Source: Candidatus Omnitrophota bacterium
GTDB lineage: Bacteria; Omnitrophota; Gorgyraeia; Zapsychrales; Fredricksoniimonadaceae
Assembly (NCBI GenBank): GCA_903901225.1
Contig: CAIUQE010000035.1
Coordinates: 9,249-73,248 of the forward strand
DNA length: 64,000 bases
Reading direction: 5' to 3'
In this document: positions 26,293 to 36,918 of the stretch, piece after piece
How the letters are laid out: each line of letters begins with the position of its first letter
Position numbering within the stretch: the stretch's first letter is position 1
Translations under genes and position numbers: made by a program
Notes under the pieces: generated by a model
What the model saw: the letters and a program-made list of their open reading frames with translations, nothing else
Database searches by the model: none
What the model was told of the DNA's origin: nothing

Positions 26293-27264
26293 ATGGCATC
26301 GACGGATCTTCAGGAAAAGAGCATGGCGCAGCCACTGGATAACAAGAAGACAGGTTCCAAGCCGCTGATTATTTTCCCGTACATGGGGTATGAGAAAAAC
26401 AAGCAGTGCGAATGGTACTTCTGGTGGACGATCGATCGCTGCAAGAAGATCGACCCCAGGCCGCTTGTTGTGGTGCCGCGGGACACGGTCATCCGGGGGG
26501 ACGCGGCGTCATTCATCAAGGATGAAAGGTTCAAGACCCTCGAGGTCGTGCAGACCTGGTCCGTCGACTCCTGCCAGACATGGTTGTCGGGTTGGGGGCA
26601 TGTGCTGGACAATTATCCCGACGTCGACAGGATCGTGCAAATACCCGGCGATATCGATTTCGTCCTTGAAGATGTTGAATTTTATAACAATCTCAGCAAT
26701 TTTATTGAAACAACAAGTTCGGATATCGCGATCGGCGATTTCAGGACGGGTGACCAGTACAGCGCCAAAAGCCTTGTGGACACCTATGGCACGTATTCGC
26801 TCCTGGCGAACTGGTTCCCCGAGGTCTCGCGCAGCATCAGGTCCCTGCCGCTGAACCGGCCGCGGTCCGAGTTCCTTAACATCAAAACATCCGTATTGCG
26901 CGACCTGTTGATCAACCACAGGAATTTCGCCTACGAGCAGACCTTGAACTTCCTGATCAAGTGCTGGAATTATGACGAGGCCAAATGGCGGTATAATATT
27001 TCCATATCCCGCCTGGGGACCTTGTCGGACAACAAGTCTTTCAGGAATTACAGGGGCAGCATTGACCAGATCGAAAGGATCGACCGGATGTTGTCGCTGT
27101 TATGGCGCGAGATCAAGGCGCCCCAAAAGAAGGACAGTGTGAGCGACAAGCAATTTGAGGAACAATATACCGTATTCAGCAATGAATACGACAAGCTTTT
27201 CACCAAATCCAACGGCATCATGGACACGGCCAGGACGACGTTAAGGGCCCTTTTGGGCGTCTAG
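26293..27264 (+). CDS. Hypothetical protein, possibly a divergent GT-A-fold glycosyltransferase
   Basis: IIFPY first strand, IVQIPGDID (DxD-like), DIAIG, RPRSEF spaced as in GT-A enzymes; sugar-transport context. Confidence 0.4.
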   Translation: MASTDLQEKSMAQPLDNKKTGSKPLIIFPYMGYEKNKQCEWYFWWTIDRCKKIDPRPLVVVPRDTVIRGDAASFIKDERFKTLEVVQTWSVDSCQTWLSGWGHVLDNYPDVDRIVQIPGDIDFVLEDVEFYNNLSNFIETTSSDIAIGDFRTGDQYSAKSLVDTYGTYSLLANWFPEVSRSIRSLPLNRPRSEFLNIKTSVLRDLLINHRNFAYEQTLNFLIKCWNYDEAKWRYNISISRLGTLSDNKSFRNYRGSIDQIERIDRMLSLLWREIKAPQKKDSVSDKQFEEQYTVFSNEYDKLFTKSNGIMDTARTTLRALLGV

Positions 27265-27314
27265 CAGGATGCGTTAGAGGTTAACCCGGGCCCATTGTCA
27301 GTTCCAAAGGATCC

Positions 27315-28421
27315 ATGGCAAGCATCAGACTCGAAAATCTGAGCAAGATCTATCCGGGTGCCGCGGCGAAAGTCGTGGCGAACGTTAACCTGGAAGTCGG
27401 GGACAAGGAATTCATTGTCCTGGTGGGGCCTTCAGGTTGCGGCAAGTCCACGACCCTGCGGATGATCGCGGGCCTGGAGCCTGTTACCGAGGGGAAGATC
27501 TGGATCGGCGATCGCCTGGTCAATGATGTTCCCGCCCGAGACCGCGATATCGCCATGGTGTTCCAGAATTACGCGCTCTACCCTCACATGACCGTTTTCG
27601 AGAACATGGCCTTCGGCCTCAAGCTCCGGAATTATCCGAAGGTTGAGATCGAGAAGCGCGTGCATGAGGCGGCGGAGATCCTCAACGTCCACAAGTACCT
27701 CAACCGGCGCCCGGGCCAGCTTTCGGGCGGTGAGTGCCAGCGCGTCGCGCTCGGCCGCGCGATCGTGCGCAAGCCCAAGGTGTTCCTCTTCGACGAGCCT
27801 CTCTCCAATCTTGACGCCAGGATGCGCGTGACGATGCGCACGGAGATCCATAAATTGCGCACGCGCCTGCAGACCACGTTCATCTATGTGACCCATGATC
27901 AGACCGAGGCCATGACCATGGGCAACAGGATCGTTATCATGAAGAATGGAGCGATCCAGCAGTGCGCCGGGCCCATGACCATTTATGATAAGCCGGCCAA
28001 CAAATTCGTGGCCGGTTTCATCGGCACGCCTCCGATCAACCTGATCAAGGGCGCGATCCTGCACAAGGACAGGAAATATTATTTTGACGAGGGGAAATTC
28101 CGCGTTAAACTGATGGATGAAATGAGCGGCTTCCTCGCTCCGTACGCCGGCAAAGATGTTATTTTAGGGGTCCGCAGCGAGGACATTTACGACAAGCTGT
28201 TCGTTTCGGAAGCGTCCGCGGATAACACGGTCCGGGTGACCTGCGAGGTGGTGGAGCCTCTGGGGTCGGATGTTTACTTGTACCTTAATTCCGGGAAGAA
28301 CACTTTCATGGCGCGCGTGGGGGCCCATAACCGCCCCGAGGTCAACCGCGACGTGGAAGTTGTCTTCGACATGCGCAAGGTGCACTTCTTTGATCCAGAA
28401 ACTGAAACAACGATCATTTAA
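27315..28421 (+). CDS. MalK/UgpC/MsmX-type sugar ABC transporter ATPase
   Basis: GPSGCGKST, VFQNYALYPHM, LSGGECQRVALGR, DEPLSNLDA, TOBE-like C-terminus. Confidence 0.95.
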   Translation: MASIRLENLSKIYPGAAAKVVANVNLEVGDKEFIVLVGPSGCGKSTTLRMIAGLEPVTEGKIWIGDRLVNDVPARDRDIAMVFQNYALYPHMTVFENMAFGLKLRNYPKVEIEKRVHEAAEILNVHKYLNRRPGQLSGGECQRVALGRAIVRKPKVFLFDEPLSNLDARMRVTMRTEIHKLRTRLQTTFIYVTHDQTEAMTMGNRIVIMKNGAIQQCAGPMTIYDKPANKFVAGFIGTPPINLIKGAILHKDRKYYFDEGKFRVKLMDEMSGFLAPYAGKDVILGVRSEDIYDKLFVSEASADNTVRVTCEVVEPLGSDVYLYLNSGKNTFMARVGAHNRPEVNRDVEVVFDMRKVHFFDPETETTII

Positions 28422-29685
28422 GTATTTTATCCTGCTCGTTATCTGCCTTCTTCTGCCCCTTATCGGGTTCTTTGTTTACGCGACCCGGTTCCAGACAGGA
28501 TTCTTCGCTTTTCTGACGCTGGCCCTGCTGATCAATATCCTCCTGTTGTCGCTTTTCTTCCACCGCCTCAAGAACCGAAGGTCCCTGCTCAAGCTCCAGC
28601 GCGAGGAATTTTCCGAGAAGGCCAATGTCCTCAAGGTCGACCTGGAGAATGAGGTCGCGGCCATCGCTGCTTTTCGCCGGAAGATCGTCACCTATTCCCA
28701 GCTCAAGGTTTTTGTCGAGAAGCTGAGCCTGTGCCTGACGCAGGAGGATTCCGCGCACATGCTTTGCCGCGAGGTGGGCAGGTTCTTCGAACAGGCGGAT
28801 GCGACCGTTGTTGTTTACGTGCTTGACGCGGCTACGGGCGAACTCGCCATTGTTTCTTCGGAAGCCAACCAGCATCCGGTGAACGTCAAAAGCAAGCGCG
28901 GCGATGTGTTCGACAGGTGGATCATGCAGAACATGCAGCCGTTATACCTTGAGGACACGAAGAATGATTTTCGTTTTGACCAGGATAAGGTGGAAGAAGA
29001 GCAAACCCGCCCGGTCCGTTCAGTCCTGAGCGTGCCGCTGGCTATTCACGCCAAACTTGTCGGTATCCTGAGGCTGGATAGCCCTGAGCCGGCGAAGTTC
29101 CACAAGGAAGACCTGCGGTTCCTGAAGGCCATCGGGGATGTGGCGGCCGTGGCGATCGAGAACGCGCAGCTTTACGACAAGGTCGAAGACCTTGCCATCC
29201 GTGACAGCCTGACCGGCTTGTACTTGCGCCGTTATCTGGCCGAACGTCTTCAGGAGGAGCTGGCGCGGCATTTGCGCCGTGACAAGCCTGTGGCATTCCT
29301 CATCCTGGACCTGGACCATTTCAAACAGTATAACGACAGTTTCGGCCATGCGGCGGGTGACCTGGTCCTCCGGCATATGGCGGCGCTCATGCGGCGGCAT
29401 TTTTCGACACCCGGAAACCTGCTCTGCCGTTACGGGGGGGAGGAATTTTGCGTGGTCCTGCCGGAATGTTCCAAAGAAGAGGCCATGGCCCTTGCTAAAA
29501 GTTTTGTGGCGCTGGTTGAAAGTGAAGCCGTGACGCTGCGCCGGGAAAAGACGCCCGTGACCGTTTCCGTGGGGGTCGCGGTATTCCCTTCGGACGGGCG
29601 GACTAAAGAAGAATTGATCCAGAAAGCAGATCACGCGTTATACGAGGCCAAGCGTAAAGGCCGCAATTGTGCCTGCGCGGCGTGA
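28390..29685 (+). CDS. Membrane-anchored GAF-GGDEF diguanylate cyclase
   Basis: Two TM helices, GAF domain, DSLTGL, DLDHFKQYND, RYGGEEF; TTG start at 28390 is inferred. Confidence 0.9.
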   Translation: MIQKLKQRSFKYFILLVICLLLPLIGFFVYATRFQTGFFAFLTLALLINILLLSLFFHRLKNRRSLLKLQREEFSEKANVLKVDLENEVAAIAAFRRKIVTYSQLKVFVEKLSLCLTQEDSAHMLCREVGRFFEQADATVVVYVLDAATGELAIVSSEANQHPVNVKSKRGDVFDRWIMQNMQPLYLEDTKNDFRFDQDKVEEEQTRPVRSVLSVPLAIHAKLVGILRLDSPEPAKFHKEDLRFLKAIGDVAAVAIENAQLYDKVEDLAIRDSLTGLYLRRYLAERLQEELARHLRRDKPVAFLILDLDHFKQYNDSFGHAAGDLVLRHMAALMRRHFSTPGNLLCRYGGEEFCVVLPECSKEEAMALAKSFVALVESEAVTLRREKTPVTVSVGVAVFPSDGRTKEELIQKADHALYEAKRKGRNCACAA

Positions 29686-29712
29686 GCGGACGCTGACGCG
29701 TAAAGGAGCGGG

Positions 29713-30753
29713 ATGGACCAGTACCTGATGTTGATCCTTTTGGCGCTTCATACCGTGGCGGTGGCCTGTTTCGCCTGGGCCGCCGTGATGGAATTTGAGC
29801 AGCGGGCCGACAATGATGTTGTGCGCGTCAAGACGGGGTATTTGGGCATCATTGAACAGAAAGACCACCTGGCGGATGAGAAGAAACAGCTGCAGGCCGA
29901 AGCTGACCGTATTTTTCAGATGTTTGAGCTCACGCGCGAGGTGACCGCCACGTTCGATGAGCAGGAAGCGTTCATGGCGTTCAGGGAGCATATGAGCCGT
30001 TTTCTGACGGTCGAGGATTGCCAGATGCTCGAGCATTTTCCGCAGGACTTCAACGATTTTCCCCTGTTCAAGGGGTACAAGTTTTTTCCATTGCGCATCA
30101 ATAAAATGGTGCTGGGGGAGATCGCCTACAAGGGGATGGCGGACGCGGATGAGGAAGCCTTTACCGTGCTGGTGCACCAGTTCGCGCTGGGCTTGCGGCG
30201 CATCCGGCTTTACCATGAGGTGGAGAACCTGGCGATCACCGACGGGTTGACGCAAATGCATACCCGCCGGCACCTTGGTGAGCGTTTTGAAGAGGAATTC
30301 CGCCGCGCGACACTGCGCCAGGTGCCGTTGTCGGTGCTCATGATCGATGTGGACCATTTCAAGAAAGTGAACGACCAGTACGGGCATTTGACCGGCGATA
30401 TGCTCCTGCGCGCCGTGGCCCGGATCATCTTGGAGCACATCCGCGAGATCGATATCGCCGGCCGCTACGGCGGCGAGGAATTCTGCCTCCTTTTGCTCGA
30501 CACGGATAAGCCGGGAGCCTTGGTCGTGGCCGAGCGTATCCGTGAGGCCATTCATGCCAAAGGCATCAAGGCGTATGATGCCGCGATCCGCGTGAGCGTC
30601 AGCATCGGGGTGTCGTCCCTGCCCGATGACGCGGCCAAGGTCGAGGAGTTGCTCGACAAGGCCGATTGGGCGCTTTACCGCGCCAAAAGATCAGGCCGCA
30701 ACCGCGTGGTCGGTTTCAGTGTTTATCCGCCAGAGAATATAAATCCAGGTTGA
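29713..30753 (+). CDS. Membrane-anchored GGDEF diguanylate cyclase
   Basis: TDGLT, DVDHFKKVND, RxxD I-site (REID) and RYGGEEF. Confidence 0.92.
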   Translation: MDQYLMLILLALHTVAVACFAWAAVMEFEQRADNDVVRVKTGYLGIIEQKDHLADEKKQLQAEADRIFQMFELTREVTATFDEQEAFMAFREHMSRFLTVEDCQMLEHFPQDFNDFPLFKGYKFFPLRINKMVLGEIAYKGMADADEEAFTVLVHQFALGLRRIRLYHEVENLAITDGLTQMHTRRHLGERFEEEFRRATLRQVPLSVLMIDVDHFKKVNDQYGHLTGDMLLRAVARIILEHIREIDIAGRYGGEEFCLLLLDTDKPGALVVAERIREAIHAKGIKAYDAAIRVSVSIGVSSLPDDAAKVEELLDKADWALYRAKRSGRNRVVGFSVYPPENINPG

Positions 30754-30778
30754 ATTACGGCGTCTTTTTATATACAAT
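30750..30778 (+). promoter_or_regulatory. Putative sigma70 promoter of the ROK-lptD-glycan operon
   Basis: TTGAAT-17 bp-TACAAT in an AT-rich gap. Confidence 0.5.
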
Positions 30779-30819
30779 GAAAATTCAAATTTATAATAAT
30801 TATTACCTTTAAGCCCCAT

Positions 30820-31746
30820 ATGAAGAAATACGTGGTTGGTGTCGATGTTGGCGGGACGAACGTGAGGCTTGGGCTGGTCGATCCGCGCGGGGATGTTTGT
30901 TCCAGCCTGTCTTTTGCCACCCGGCATTTTTCCGCGACCCCGGAGAAACTCACCGGCGCGATCTGCGAGGCTGTCGGTACGCTCCTGCGCAAGGAACGGA
31001 TCGTGAAGGCCAGGATCGCGGGCGTTGGCGTGGGGCTTCCCGGCCTGGTCGATGTTGAAAAAGGCATTGTCCGGATCCTTCCTAATATCCCGGGATGGAA
31101 GGACGTCTTGTTGCAAAAAGACATGGAAAAACGCCTTGGATTGCGGGTCCAGCTTGAGAATGACGTGAACATGATCACCCTCGGCGAATGGAAATACGGC
31201 GCCGGCAGGGGGTTTACGGATGTGATCGTGATGACGCTCGGCACGGGCGTTGGCGCGGGGCTTGTCCTTTCCGGCGACATTTATCGCGGCCCCGGGTTTG
31301 CCGCGGGTGAGATCGGCCACGCGCCGTTCAATGATGAAGGGCCTGAATGCGGCTGCGGCGGTTGGGGGTGTTTTGAACGTTATGTGGGCAACAAGGAGCT
31401 CCAGCGCCTGGCGGCCGGCATATTCAAGGAGCGTGACATCGCGCTTGAAGAAGTTTACCGCAAGGCGGTGGACGGAAAAAAGAAAGCCCTGGAATTCTGG
31501 GACATGGTCGGGCAGAGGGTCGGCAACGGCCTGGTCGGCGCGGTCAATCTCCTGAATCCCGAGGCGGTTGTCATCGGCGGCGGGGTGTCCCGCAGTTTTG
31601 CTTTTATCGAGCCGGCGATCGCGCGAACGTTGCGCCGGCGCGCGATGCGCACGCAGGCCGAGATGGTCCGTATCGTCAAGGCCCAGCTGGATGATGATGC
31701 CGGTATTATTGGAGCCAAGGTATTGATCTGCCATGAAAAACATTAA
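30820..31746 (+). CDS. ROK-family sugar kinase (glucokinase-like)
   Basis: GVDVGGT, ENDVN, TLGTGVGAG, GEIGH, CGCGGWGCFE. Confidence 0.93.
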   Translation: MKKYVVGVDVGGTNVRLGLVDPRGDVCSSLSFATRHFSATPEKLTGAICEAVGTLLRKERIVKARIAGVGVGLPGLVDVEKGIVRILPNIPGWKDVLLQKDMEKRLGLRVQLENDVNMITLGEWKYGAGRGFTDVIVMTLGTGVGAGLVLSGDIYRGPGFAAGEIGHAPFNDEGPECGCGGWGCFERYVGNKELQRLAAGIFKERDIALEEVYRKAVDGKKKALEFWDMVGQRVGNGLVGAVNLLNPEAVVIGGGVSRSFAFIEPAIARTLRRRAMRTQAEMVRIVKAQLDDDAGIIGAKVLICHEKH

Positions 31747-33874
31747 GACCTGTTCTGTTTTTCTGTTCATGCTCCTCGTGCTGTGCGGGTGGGTGTCCGT
31801 GGTGAAGGTGTTTGCCCAGGACACAGGATCGAAGAATGCTGACCCCGTGGAACTGAACGGCGACGTGATCGAGTACAAGGCCGAAGAAGGGAAGATGGTC
31901 GCCACGGGCAATGTGCTGTTGAAGCAGAAAGACACGGTCCTTTATTGCGATAAGGTGGAGTTTTACAAGGAAAAGAAAGAGGCCCATGCCGAGGGCAATG
32001 TTATCCTTAAGTCCGGCAGGGGAGAGGTATGGGCGGACAAGGCTTTTTTTAATTTCGCGACCAAAAAAGGCGAGTTCACCAACGCGCGCTTCATGGCCGA
32101 CCCGCTTTACGGACGCGCCCGTTCCATCATCAGGGTGGGGGAAAATTATTATATCCTCAAGGATGGTTATCTGACGACGAGCGATTACGACACCCCCGGA
32201 TATCGTATCAAAGCGAGGCGCCTGGACGTTTATCCTGATGACAAGGCTGTGGCCCGTGATTCGGTCATGTACCTGGGGTCGGTCCCGATCATGTACATGC
32301 CAAAATATGTCCAGGATCTGCGTACCGACCGGCCGCATTTCAGCTTCATTCCCGGTTACAGCAAGGAGTTCGGGCCTTACGCGTTAATGACGTACCGCGC
32401 GCCGTTGACCGGGCGGATCGAAATGCTTTACCATCTTGACCTGCGGGAGCGCAAGGGCATCGCGTGGGGCATTGATGCTAAATATAACGCGGCGCCTTAC
32501 GGGACCGGCCTTGTGCGAACTTATTACACCAAGGAAACCAAGGCGGATAATCGTTGGCTCTGGGAACAGAATACGGAACCTGTTGTCAAACACCAGCAGG
32601 CGCGCGTCGAATGGCGACATATGGTGGACATCGACCCTGCTACATTTTTGATCGGACAATATTACCGGATCAGGGACCCCAATTTCATGGTCAGGTATTT
32701 TCCCAGGGAGCATCAGCAGGATGAAAGTCCCGCCACATACGTGCTGTTGACACATTCAACGTCGGCCACAACCTCTTCCTTACGTTTTGATCGCCGTGTA
32801 AACCGCGACCAGGCCATGGTAGAACGTTTGCCGGAGGCTTCCTTTTCCTTGTCCAATCAGGAGCTTGGCACCAGCGGGTTTTATTTCAAGAGCACGAACA
32901 CTGCCTCCAGCCTGGTGTACAAAGACCCGGCGCCGTCGGATAATCAAAAACGCACCCTGCGCCTTGACACGGACAATGACCTGTCGCATCCCTTCAAGGT
33001 CGCGTTTCTCGAGGTTAATCCTCATGTCGGTACCGAACAGACGTATTACTGGCGGGCTTTGGAGATGAAGGACAATAACAGTATCCGCGGGCTTTTCAAG
33101 ACCGGCGTGGACTTAAGCACCAAATTTTACAAGATCTATAACGCGCATTTTGACAAATGGGGATTTGAGCTTAACAATGTTCGCCATGTCATCACCCCGA
33201 CGGTATCTGAATGGTATCAGCACGCGCCCACCATGCCTTCTTCCAAGTTTTACCAATATGACGCCATGGATAACCGGGCCATGAGCCATCAGGTCACATT
33301 TGGCATCGAGAATAAGTTGCAGACGAAAAGGAAAGGCGTGTCGGTGGATTTCTTTCGTTCATTGTTCAGCGTGCCCTATCGGCTTAATGATGACCCTGCC
33401 GGACCAGGACTGGGTGATATGACGGTAGCCAATGAGTTTTATGCCAATCAATATGTGTCCTTGCATGAGGACATGACGTACAGCAACGATTTGCACCAGC
33501 TGCAGACGGTGAATGTGAGCATAGGTCTGAATGACCAGAATAAATGGGACCTTAATATTGGTCAGCGCAAGGCTACAGGAGGGGAAGATCTTTTTACGTC
33601 CCAATTGTCCTACAAGTTCAATCCTTTGTGGAAGACGGTCATCTACGAGCAGTTTGAATCGAGGACCGGGCAGTTGCGGCAGCAGCAGTATTCCTTTGTC
33701 CGCGACCTGCATTCCTGGGAGGTGGAATTCGCCTTTATTGACAAGAACCACTACCAGGACAGCGGCAGTGAGATATGGTTCATTTTTCGCATCAAAGCAT
33801 TCCCGTCAGTCGCTGTTAACGGCGGTTCGAGTTTCGCGACGGCAAAAGCAGGGTCACAGTCGAAGACGTTTTAG
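31733..33874 (+). CDS. lptD: LPS-assembly outer membrane protein LptD-like
   Basis: Signal peptide, OstA-like jellyroll (ATGNV, AEGNV), long amphipathic beta-barrel, RDLHSW near the C-terminus. Confidence 0.8.
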   Translation: MKNIKTCSVFLFMLLVLCGWVSVVKVFAQDTGSKNADPVELNGDVIEYKAEEGKMVATGNVLLKQKDTVLYCDKVEFYKEKKEAHAEGNVILKSGRGEVWADKAFFNFATKKGEFTNARFMADPLYGRARSIIRVGENYYILKDGYLTTSDYDTPGYRIKARRLDVYPDDKAVARDSVMYLGSVPIMYMPKYVQDLRTDRPHFSFIPGYSKEFGPYALMTYRAPLTGRIEMLYHLDLRERKGIAWGIDAKYNAAPYGTGLVRTYYTKETKADNRWLWEQNTEPVVKHQQARVEWRHMVDIDPATFLIGQYYRIRDPNFMVRYFPREHQQDESPATYVLLTHSTSATTSSLRFDRRVNRDQAMVERLPEASFSLSNQELGTSGFYFKSTNTASSLVYKDPAPSDNQKRTLRLDTDNDLSHPFKVAFLEVNPHVGTEQTYYWRALEMKDNNSIRGLFKTGVDLSTKFYKIYNAHFDKWGFELNNVRHVITPTVSEWYQHAPTMPSSKFYQYDAMDNRAMSHQVTFGIENKLQTKRKGVSVDFFRSLFSVPYRLNDDPAGPGLGDMTVANEFYANQYVSLHEDMTYSNDLHQLQTVNVSIGLNDQNKWDLNIGQRKATGGEDLFTSQLSYKFNPLWKTVIYEQFESRTGQLRQQQYSFVRDLHSWEVEFAFIDKNHYQDSGSEIWFIFRIKAFPSVAVNGGSSFATAKAGSQSKTF

Positions 33875-33889
33875 TTGAGAGAGGGGTAT

Positions 33890-35224
33890 ATGGAAATCGC
33901 GATCATTGGTTCAGGTTATGTCGGGCTTGTCACGGGAGTTTGCCTTGCCCATATCGGGCACACGGTCACGTGCGTTGACAATAATCCTGAAAAGGTCCGC
34001 AAGCTCAAGGCGGGCGAGGTCCCGATCTACGAACCGGGCCTCGAGCCCCTTATGCACAAGTACAGCAAAATGAAACGCTTGAATTTCTCGTCGTCCATTG
34101 AGGCGGCGACGAAAAAAGCGACGGTCATTTTCATCGCGGTGGGGACCCCGTCAAAGAAGAACGGCGACGCTGACCTTACTTATATCGAGAATGTGGCGCG
34201 CGCGATCGCCAGGAACATGGATTCTTATAAGCTGCTCGTCGAGAAGTCAACGGTCCCCGTGCAGACGGGCAACCGCATCGAGCGCACCGTGGCGCTCAAT
34301 CTTCCGGCAAAATTCCGCCGCGGCAATAAATGCCTTGTGGAATTCGATGTCGCCTCCAATCCGGAGTTCCTGCGCGAAGGCTCGGCGGTGGAAGATTTCA
34401 TGAATCCCGACCGTATCGTCATTGGCGTCAAGTCACGGCGGGCCGAACAGCTGCTGCGCGAGGTTTACGCGCCATTGAAAGCCAGGCTGGTCGTGACGAA
34501 CGTGGCCACCGCGGAAATGATCAAGCACGCCTCCAATTCGTTCCTGGCGACAAAGATATCTTTTATTAATTCCGTCGCGCAGATCTGCGACAGGGTCGGC
34601 GCCGACGTCCTCAGTGTGGCCGAAGGCATGGGCTATGACCGGCGTATCGGTCGCGCGTTCCTCAATGCCGGTATCGGTTACGGCGGCAGCTGCTTTCCGA
34701 AGGATGTTGACGCCTTCGTGCGCCTCGCCGAGAAGAGCGGGTATGATTTCAAGCTTCTCAAGGGCGTGCGCGACGTTAATGAGCAGCAGAAAGCCTCGTT
34801 CATCCACCTGATCGAGGATAAATTGTGGATCATCAAGGACAAGACCATCGCGATATGGGGCCTGGCGTTCAAGGCTGACACGGATGACATGCGCCGCGCC
34901 GCGTCCATTGACATTATCCAGGCGCTTCAGGAGGAGGGTGCCCGCGTCCAGGCGTTCGACCCCAAGGCCATGGATAACGCGCGCCATGAATTGAAAGGCG
35001 TCAAATTCTGCGCGGACGCGTACGCGGCCGCGAAAGGCGCGGATTGCCTGCTTGTCCTTACTGAATGGGAAGAGTTCAAGCGCCTGGACCTCAAGCGCGT
35101 CCGGGGGTTGTTGCGCCAGGCGGTGGTGTTTGACGGGCGGAATTTCTTCGATGACAAGCTGTTCGTTGATCTGGGGTTTGAATATCACGGGATCGGCCGT
35201 GGCAGGGGGGCGCATGCCAGCTGA
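33890..35224 (+). CDS. ugd: UDP-glucose 6-dehydrogenase
   Basis: [38 protein letters not shown]. Confidence 0.95.
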   Translation: MEIAIIGSGYVGLVTGVCLAHIGHTVTCVDNNPEKVRKLKAGEVPIYEPGLEPLMHKYSKMKRLNFSSSIEAATKKATVIFIAVGTPSKKNGDADLTYIENVARAIARNMDSYKLLVEKSTVPVQTGNRIERTVALNLPAKFRRGNKCLVEFDVASNPEFLREGSAVEDFMNPDRIVIGVKSRRAEQLLREVYAPLKARLVVTNVATAEMIKHASNSFLATKISFINSVAQICDRVGADVLSVAEGMGYDRRIGRAFLNAGIGYGGSCFPKDVDAFVRLAEKSGYDFKLLKGVRDVNEQQKASFIHLIEDKLWIIKDKTIAIWGLAFKADTDDMRRAASIDIIQALQEEGARVQAFDPKAMDNARHELKGVKFCADAYAAAKGADCLLVLTEWEEFKRLDLKRVRGLLRQAVVFDGRNFFDDKLFVDLGFEYHGIGRGRGAHAS

Positions 35225-36158
35225 ACAGTCCGTTCTTATGTCCGGGGGCGCGGGTTTCCTCCCAAGCCATATGTGCGACATGCTCTTGGCGCGCGGCTAC
35301 AAGGTGATCTGCGCGGATAATTTTATCACCGGCAGGAAGGCCAACATTGCCCACCTCCTGAAGCACAAGAAGTTTACGCTCATCAGGCAGGATGTGACGG
35401 AACCTTTCAGGATCTGTGGCCGTATTAATTATGTGATGCACTGCGCGTCGCCCGCAAGCCCGGTCGATTACCTGAACCATCCTCTTGAGACGCTCATGGT
35501 CGGGGCGCAGGGCACCCAGAACATGCTGGATATCGCCAGGGCCAAGAAAGCCGTGTTCCTGCTGACATCGACATCCGAAGTTTACGGCGACCCGCTTGAA
35601 CATCCCCAGAAAGAAACGTATTGGGGCAATGTCAATCCCAACGGCCCCCGCAGTGTTTACGATGAGGCCAAGCGCTACGCCGAGGCGATCACCTTTGCCT
35701 ATCGCCGGACCTTCGGGGTGGATACGCGCGTTGTCCGTATTTTTAACACGTATGGCCCGCGCATGAACATCCACGACGGGCGCGTAGTCCCCAATTTCAT
35801 CGACCAGGCCCTCAAGGGCCTCCCGCTGACCGTGTACGGTGACGGGGAACAGACGCGCTCATTTTGTTACGTTTCCGACGAAGCCGATGGCATCCTGAAG
35901 CTGCTTTTCTCAAAGGAACCGGGGCCGGTGAATATCGGCAATCCCCGTGAATTCACGATGAAGGAATTCGCGGCGATCGTCCTGGAGTTGACCGGCAGTA
36001 AAAGCCGTATCATCCATAAACCTTTGCCCCAGGACGATCCACGCCAGCGCAAGCCCGATATCACCCTGGCGCGCCGCCGTCTCGGCTGGGAGCCGAAGGT
36101 GGCGCTCCGTGACGGGTTGAAAATGACGATCGACTGGTTTCGGGCCAATCCCGAGTAG
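35214..36158 (+). CDS. UDP-glucuronate decarboxylase (UDP-xylose synthase)
   Basis: [43 protein letters not shown]. Confidence 0.92.
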   Translation: MPAEQSVLMSGGAGFLPSHMCDMLLARGYKVICADNFITGRKANIAHLLKHKKFTLIRQDVTEPFRICGRINYVMHCASPASPVDYLNHPLETLMVGAQGTQNMLDIARAKKAVFLLTSTSEVYGDPLEHPQKETYWGNVNPNGPRSVYDEAKRYAEAITFAYRRTFGVDTRVVRIFNTYGPRMNIHDGRVVPNFIDQALKGLPLTVYGDGEQTRSFCYVSDEADGILKLLFSKEPGPVNIGNPREFTMKEFAAIVLELTGSKSRIIHKPLPQDDPRQRKPDITLARRRLGWEPKVALRDGLKMTIDWFRANPE

Positions 36159-36164
36159 GGGCGC

Positions 36165-36776
36165 ATGCTGACACAAGAGGATCTCATTCAATTTGAGAAC
36201 GAGATCGCCGGGGCTTTTGCCAAGGGCCTGATCAAGGCGCCGGTCCACCTGCGCGCCGGCCGAGAGGCCGAGCTCATCCGTCTTTTCCAGAAATACAATA
36301 TCGGCCCTGATGACCATATCCTGGGGCATTGGGATTCACACGAATTATGCCTGCTCAAAGGCGTGCCGCCGGATGTGCTGAAACAGGCGATCCTCGACGG
36401 GCGCAGCATCGCGTTGTGTTTTCCCGAATACCGGATTTACTGTTCCGGCATTGTGGGCAGCCTCATGGGCGTGGCCACGGGCCTGGCGTGGGCGATCAAG
36501 GCCCGGGGGGAGCGCGGCAGGGTCTTTCTTTTTTGCGGGGATATGTCTTCCGAGACGGGCATTTTTCATGAGGCGGTAAAGTACGCGGTGAATTTTGACC
36601 TTCCGGCCGTTTTCGTTGTTTCCGATAACGGGCTGAGCGTCATGACCGATACCCGCGCGGCGTGGGGATCGCGGGAACCCTGGTTTCTGGGCACGCGCTT
36701 CGTCGCGAAGATCGAGTATTTCCGTTACAAGAACGGCTGGCCGCATTCCGGGTTGGGGAAGCTGGTGAAGTTCTGA
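36165..36776 (+). CDS. Small TPP-dependent enzyme, E1-alpha-like PP domain
   Basis: IKAPVHL, SGIVG, GD...SDN TPP-binding motif; only 203 aa. Confidence 0.8.
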   Translation: MLTQEDLIQFENEIAGAFAKGLIKAPVHLRAGREAELIRLFQKYNIGPDDHILGHWDSHELCLLKGVPPDVLKQAILDGRSIALCFPEYRIYCSGIVGSLMGVATGLAWAIKARGERGRVFLFCGDMSSETGIFHEAVKYAVNFDLPAVFVVSDNGLSVMTDTRAAWGSREPWFLGTRFVAKIEYFRYKNGWPHSGLGKLVKF

Positions 36777-36918
36777 CATTAGTAGCCAGGGTTTTTGACG
36801 TATCTTGATACGAGTTCAGAAACCAAGCTTTCCTTAATGCTTTTTTGAAAAAGCTGTTTCTGCTGTTTGAGTAGCAAGATATGTTAAAAACCCGATGGGG
36901 AATATCTAAAAGATAACA

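Noticed and set aside
28270-28389. Upstream-extended starts in the ORF track (also 26224, 35052, 44214, 53411, 54357, 57213, 60593)
   Set aside because: The extensions overlap upstream genes and lack homology; downstream starts with an RBS or stop-start coupling were used.
36777-36918. AT-rich gap between the two TPP subunit genes as a frameshift or lost domain
   Set aside because: Both ORFs have clean starts and stops, and I see no coding remnant or convincing structure.
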